DNA of 64,000 nucleotides, taken from NCBI GenBank assembly GCA_964406095.1, contig CAYOQJ010000039.1, positions 103,630 to 167,629 of the forward strand. Direction: 5' to 3'. Made by a program: the position numbers and the translations under genes. Within the stretch, counting starts at the first letter, position 1, and every line of letters starts with the position of its first letter. Under the pieces are notes generated by a model. The model did no database searches and was not told the DNA's origin. It saw nothing but the letters and a program-made list of their open reading frames with translations. The DNA is from an uncultured Lentisphaeraceae bacterium (GTDB lineage Bacteria; Verrucomicrobiota; Kiritimatiellia; RFP12; UBA1067). Positions 59,612-64,000 of the stretch are shown here, piece after piece.

Positions 59612-59736
59612 GATCGCCTTCCCCGTTTTTACAAAACGACTTCCGTATCTTATAGCGATCCCGCGCTTTAGTCAAGAACCTGAGCAAACTAGGAATTTTT
59701 CGCTATACCACTCTCCTATTGAATCGCACCACCTGA

Positions 59737-60960
59737 TCAGAGCTTGAGTCCAGAGAGATCAGGCTGCATACGGTGGGTGTCGGTGATCACCTGTTCCCAG
59801 GTGACCACACTGCCGCTGTAAGCCGCCATGCGTCCCATGATTGTGACAAGATTACTGTGCACACTCGGTTCAGTGGTTGTATTGGAGCAGTCACCTTGTT
59901 CAATCATCGCGTGAAACGCGGTAAGGTTATTGCGAACTCCCTCCCGGTATATCTGGTTGGTAGTGCCACCACGATAGAAATTTTCACCGCGGATCAGCAC
60001 CTGGCCCCCGTAGCTGGTTTCCAGCACACCCTTGTTGCCGAAGGCGCGGAAAACGATTCCATCCGGCTGCGAACCGTGTCCGGCGAACTGCCGGGAACTG
60101 AAGGTTACTCCGGCATTGTCGGCATATCGATATTGCAGCGCATAGCAGTCGTTGTTATCACCGACATCCACTCTGGTTTTACGTGCGCATCCGCCCGCCA
60201 CTGAAATCGGCGGTTTGGCCATCACCCAGCTCATCACATCCAGCGTATGTATATTCTGTTCGGTGATGATGTCTCCTGACAGGTCTTTCATGAAAACCCA
60301 GTTTTTCAGTCTGGCTTCGGGGCCTGAACCTGGCGGCGCCTTGATCTGCAGCCGGCCGCAGTGATAGTAGGACTCACCGAAGGCAATCTCGCCGATAGCT
60401 CCTGCATGCACCCGTTTAACTGCTTCAAGGTAGAATTGCTGGGCGCGGGTCTGAAAATCCACCAGGAAGCTGAGTTTCCGTTTTGCGGCCTCTTCAGAGG
60501 CCGCCCGGATTGCCATGCTTCCCGGCACATCAACCGCTATCGGCTTGGCCAGATAAACGTGCGCACCGGCGGAGACTGCGGCAGTGGCCTGTTCGGGGTG
60601 AAAATAGGGCGGCGTAATGATGGCGACCGCATCGGGTTTACTCTCCAACACCCTTTTGTAATTGTTCAATCCGGTAAATCTGCGATTTTCCGGCACAGCG
60701 TATTTTTGACCGAGGGCATCAACCTGTTCTTTGAAATAATCACCAAGTGCCGTAATCTGATAACCGCCATGTTCCTGTAAAAGGTCGGCAATAAAAGCAC
60801 CTCGGTTACCGCAACCGATTATGCCAATTTTTACTTTGGCGGGAGTTTTTTCCTGGGCCAATCCGTTGGCCGCAACCGCTGTCATACCGATCATGGTGTT
60901 TTTTACGAATCCACGCCGCGAGAATCCCGTTTCGCCGCAGAGCTTGTTTTTGTTCTGCAT
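59737..60960 (-). CDS. Tat-exported Gfo/Idh/MocA oxidoreductase
   Basis: SRRGFVK Tat motif, IGCGNRG, TPP.FH, KPIAVD, EQNIH.LD. Confidence 0.88.
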   Translation of the reverse strand: MQNKNKLCGETGFSRRGFVKNTMIGMTAVAANGLAQEKTPAKVKIGIIGCGNRGAFIADLLQEHGGYQITALGDYFKEQVDALGQKYAVPENRRFTGLNNYKRVLESKPDAVAIITPPYFHPEQATAAVSAGAHVYLAKPIAVDVPGSMAIRAASEEAAKRKLSFLVDFQTRAQQFYLEAVKRVHAGAIGEIAFGESYYHCGRLQIKAPPGSGPEARLKNWVFMKDLSGDIITEQNIHTLDVMSWVMAKPPISVAGGCARKTRVDVGDNNDCYALQYRYADNAGVTFSSRQFAGHGSQPDGIVFRAFGNKGVLETSYGGQVLIRGENFYRGGTTNQIYREGVRNNLTAFHAMIEQGDCSNTTTEPSVHSNLVTIMGRMAAYSGSVVTWEQVITDTHRMQPDLSGLKL

Positions 60961-61227
60961 AAGACCACTACCTTTCTTTTCATTATTGTAGATCGTCCGC
61001 ACGATCCGTCAGTATGAACCGCACAGTGCTATGCGTATGCGTTAGTTCCGGACGTGATTCCGGATTGAGCTGGGTTGTTATTCTCGCAACTTTCGTTACA
61101 AAAAACAAGCAGACAACGTTTACAAAACGGTTTCCGCTTATAACTCAAAAAGCGGAAGATCGACCTTGCTCCCTCCATAACCTCTCAATGACAGCCGGAG
61201 AAAGGTATGCTACAATGCTTTGTCATT

Positions 61228-62664
61228 ATGGAAAAAATTCATCAGAAAAGCCGGGAATTCGCCCAGGATAATATCTACCGGCTGCTGATCCGTTACGCAC
61301 TTCCCGCTACAGTCGGGACTGCCGCATTCACGCTTTACAATATCATTGACCGCATATTCATCGGGCAGGCACTTGGGCCACTGGCTCTCTCGGGACTAAC
61401 CATAACCTTTCCCCTTTTTATGCTTTGCATCGGCATCGGAATGCTGGTAGGCATCGGTGGTGCCACTCTGATATCACTCAGGCTGGGCGAAGGGTGCTAC
61501 GAGGAGGCCGAGAACATTCTCGGCAACATCGTGGCAATGTTCATCATCGGAGGGGTGCTGATGGGCGCGGCGGGAATAATTTTTCTGCGGCCCATACTGA
61601 CCTTCTTCAGTGCCACCGGAACAACCATCGGTTACGCATCAGAGTACATGGGACTATTGCTCTGGTTTCTGCCGGCCGATTTTCTGGCCATGGGCACCAA
61701 CAACAGTCTCAGAGCCGAGGGCAATCCGCGTATATCAATGTACACACTGATCGCCGGAGCACTGCTCAACATTCTGCTGGACTACCTTTTTATCTTTCCG
61801 CTTCAGATGGGTATAACTGGCGCAGCACTCGCCACCGGACTCTCCAAAACATTCTCAGCAGTCTGGATTATCTGCCATTTCCGGGCCGGTCGTCATCGTG
61901 CTCTGACCCTGCATCTGCGCAATCTGAAACTTAAATGGATGCTGATCAGGCCGATGCTACTGATTGGACTTTCACCCTTCACAATTCAAGTGATGGCCAG
62001 TCTGGTAGTAGCTACCATCAATCGTCAGCTGCTACACCACAGCGGAGAGTTGGCTGTAGGCGCGATGGGAGCAATTTTCAGCATCATGACGCTGCTTAAC
62101 ATGCCAGTCTGGGGGCTTGTTCAGGGTAGCCAGCCGGTGATCGGTTTCAACTACGGAGCCATAAACATGATCAGAGTTAGCCAGGCACTGCACGCCAGCC
62201 TGCTGTTTGCCACTTCCATTGGACTCATCGGGGTAGTAATCTGTCAGACAATACCTGAGCTGCTGATCAGCATGTTTGGCGGCAGCGACGAGGAGTTTGT
62301 CGCGATCGGGTCACACGGATTGAGACTCTTTCTCTGCATGCTGCCGCTGCACAACTTCAATATGATCGGCATTCAATTTTTTCAAGCCACCGGACGACCC
62401 GCATACAGCATAACTCTGAACCTGATCAAGAATCTGGGCTGTCTGATGCCGGCACTGTTCATTCTGCCCGCAATCGCCGGACTCAACGGCGTGTGGCTAG
62501 CCTCTCCATGCAGCGAGCTGGCGGCATCACTCATAATCGGAAGCTTTCTGGTCAGAGAGAGTCTACGGTTGCGAGCGGTCGATGTTCACGAACTGCCGCA
62601 GCCACATGACACGACGCATTGTTCCCCCGACAGCGATATCAGCGGCGGTCAACTCAACCGTTGA
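61228..62664 (+). CDS. MATE family efflux transporter (MepA-like)
   Basis: YNIIDRIFIG, LRAEGNP, NI.LDYLFIF...GI.GAALAT, QPVIGFNYGA. Confidence 0.92.
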   Translation: MEKIHQKSREFAQDNIYRLLIRYALPATVGTAAFTLYNIIDRIFIGQALGPLALSGLTITFPLFMLCIGIGMLVGIGGATLISLRLGEGCYEEAENILGNIVAMFIIGGVLMGAAGIIFLRPILTFFSATGTTIGYASEYMGLLLWFLPADFLAMGTNNSLRAEGNPRISMYTLIAGALLNILLDYLFIFPLQMGITGAALATGLSKTFSAVWIICHFRAGRHRALTLHLRNLKLKWMLIRPMLLIGLSPFTIQVMASLVVATINRQLLHHSGELAVGAMGAIFSIMTLLNMPVWGLVQGSQPVIGFNYGAINMIRVSQALHASLLFATSIGLIGVVICQTIPELLISMFGGSDEEFVAIGSHGLRLFLCMLPLHNFNMIGIQFFQATGRPAYSITLNLIKNLGCLMPALFILPAIAGLNGVWLASPCSELAASLIIGSFLVRESLRLRAVDVHELPQPHDTTHCSPDSDISGGQLNR

Positions 62665-63991
62665 GCGTCCAGCCCGTACGATACTCACGCTTGAGCAGCT
62701 CATTGGCCTCGGCATTATTGGTCACCTGCCCATTCTTGCCGTCATACTTCAGCTTCGATCCTACTCGGTATGCCACCAACCCAAGACACATCTGCTCGAT
62801 CATATCGGCACTGTAGCCAAAGTCACAGGAAGTTTTCGGAATACTGCCGCTCTTGGCGGCATTGATCCACTCTTTCTGAAAATGACCGACCGCTGGTAAC
62901 AGCTCCTCTTTACTGCGCGGATTATAGTATGAAAGAGTTCCATCCTTGCCCAACGGAATGAGCACACGTGTGGTAAAATCAGCCACAAGGAGACCTTCAC
63001 TGCCTTTAAACATCGCGCCGTGCCCGATTTTGTTGATATCGACATACTTGCTCGGGGGTTTGGGCATCGCGCCACCCTGGTACCAGGTTAAGGAGATCGG
63101 CCCGCGCCAGCTGTTAGCCGGATGTTCAAAGCGCATCTCCGCTTTGACCGGAGTGACATCCGGATTAAAAGGCTCCCCTTTTGCTTGCGCAGAGGTCGGC
63201 AGATGGCAGTCGACCGCATTCCAGAGCAAATCCATGGTATGACTTCCCATATCTCCGATTTGGCCAGCGCCGAAATCCCAATACATGTTCCACTGCAGAC
63301 AGTTAAACCCAGCTCTACCGGAAAAATACTCAGGATTGTAAGGGTGATCGGTTTTTATCGGACCCAGCCAGAGGTCATAACGCAGATCAGCCGGAGGTGA
63401 TCCGGCAGCTGGCAGATAACCAGGTTTGGGAATCTGGCGATTACCCCAGGCATAGGCACTCTTGAGTTCCCCGATTGCTCCATCGCGAATCATCTCCTCA
63501 ACACGGTTGAAATTATCGTGCGCATGACGCTGCATGCCCACCTGAGTGGCAAGTTTGTTTTTGCGCGGCAGCCAGTTCGCACGCACAATTCGGGCCTCTT
63601 CCACTGTGATCGCCAGCGGTTTCTCGAGATACACATGCATATCTCTATTCAACGCCCAGTTGGCGACGAAAGCATGCGTGAAATCGGTTGTACATATCAC
63701 AACAGCGTCGATATCTTTCTGCTCCAAACACTTGCGCCAGTCATGATATACCTTGGCCTTCGGGAAACGTTTGACCGCATTCTTCAGATTACGATCCCAG
63801 ACATCACACAGGGCCACAACATTCTCATCGGCAATCGAATCAAAATGGGCCAACCCGCGTCCCCATGTGCCGATCAATGCTATGTTAAGTTTGTTGCTCG
63901 GAGAGCTCTGCCCGAACACCTTCAGCGAGGGCAGAACGCTCACTCCCGCTCCGGTTGTCAGTGCTGACTGTAAGAATTGACGACGCTTCAT
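62654..63991 (-). CDS. Tat-exported Gfo/Idh/MocA oxidoreductase
   Basis: KRRQFLQ Tat motif, ALCDV, HVYLEKPLA, TQVGMQ, WLGP, GDMGSH. Confidence 0.9.
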   Translation of the reverse strand: MKRRQFLQSALTTGAGVSVLPSLKVFGQSSPSNKLNIALIGTWGRGLAHFDSIADENVVALCDVWDRNLKNAVKRFPKAKVYHDWRKCLEQKDIDAVVICTTDFTHAFVANWALNRDMHVYLEKPLAITVEEARIVRANWLPRKNKLATQVGMQRHAHDNFNRVEEMIRDGAIGELKSAYAWGNRQIPKPGYLPAAGSPPADLRYDLWLGPIKTDHPYNPEYFSGRAGFNCLQWNMYWDFGAGQIGDMGSHTMDLLWNAVDCHLPTSAQAKGEPFNPDVTPVKAEMRFEHPANSWRGPISLTWYQGGAMPKPPSKYVDINKIGHGAMFKGSEGLLVADFTTRVLIPLGKDGTLSYYNPRSKEELLPAVGHFQKEWINAAKSGSIPKTSCDFGYSADMIEQMCLGLVAYRVGSKLKYDGKNGQVTNNAEANELLKREYRTGWTLNG

Positions 63992-64000
63992 TATTTGTTC

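Noticed and set aside
1-64000. Genome-wide TGA reassignment (genetic code 4 or 25)
   Set aside because: Many genes end with TGA at their expected C-termini (mrdA, lptD, TBDR, coaB, smpB, hom with ATGA coupling to lysC) and TGG is used abundantly

Overview
Bacterial chromosomal window, probably PVC superphylum (Kiritimatiellia/Lentisphaeria-like; inferred from gene content, not proven). In order: cell-envelope/RNA cluster (mrdA 5'-truncated, rodA, RNase E/G, lptD); ABC ATPase-permease-TPR operon; exonuclease and rdgB; TetR plus an RND efflux operon; IclR; a large autotransporter-repeat (PATR) surface protein; an HzsA-like multidomain diheme protein; a 10-gene TonB-dependent uptake operon (beta-helix protein, lipoprotein, TBDR, DUF3450, ExbB x2, ExbD x2, TonB, TPR); PPi-PFK; a second PATR protein; an SBBP/Ig surface protein; coaB; hom-lysC-cimA; nfo, prmC, DUF3127, tatA, smpB, rpoZ; and a sulfatase/GH78/Tat-oxidoreductase/MATE region. 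Highlights: (1) three otherwise intact genes carry a single in-frame stop (TGA at apparent Trp positions in both PATR genes, TAG in the ABC ATPase), each explicable as C->T at the target cytosine of a 5mC methyltransferase-type motif; (2) the TonB operon is punctuated by 28/29-bp GTAG-REP arrays that supply stop codons and are fused to identical RBS/start segments; (3) two matching promoters with 11-bp-period PhoB/PhoP-like boxes; (4) barrel-less PATR proteins share a C-terminal GT[VL]MI motif; (5) several apparently leaderless genes. No rRNA, tRNA, CRISPR array or transposase was recognised.
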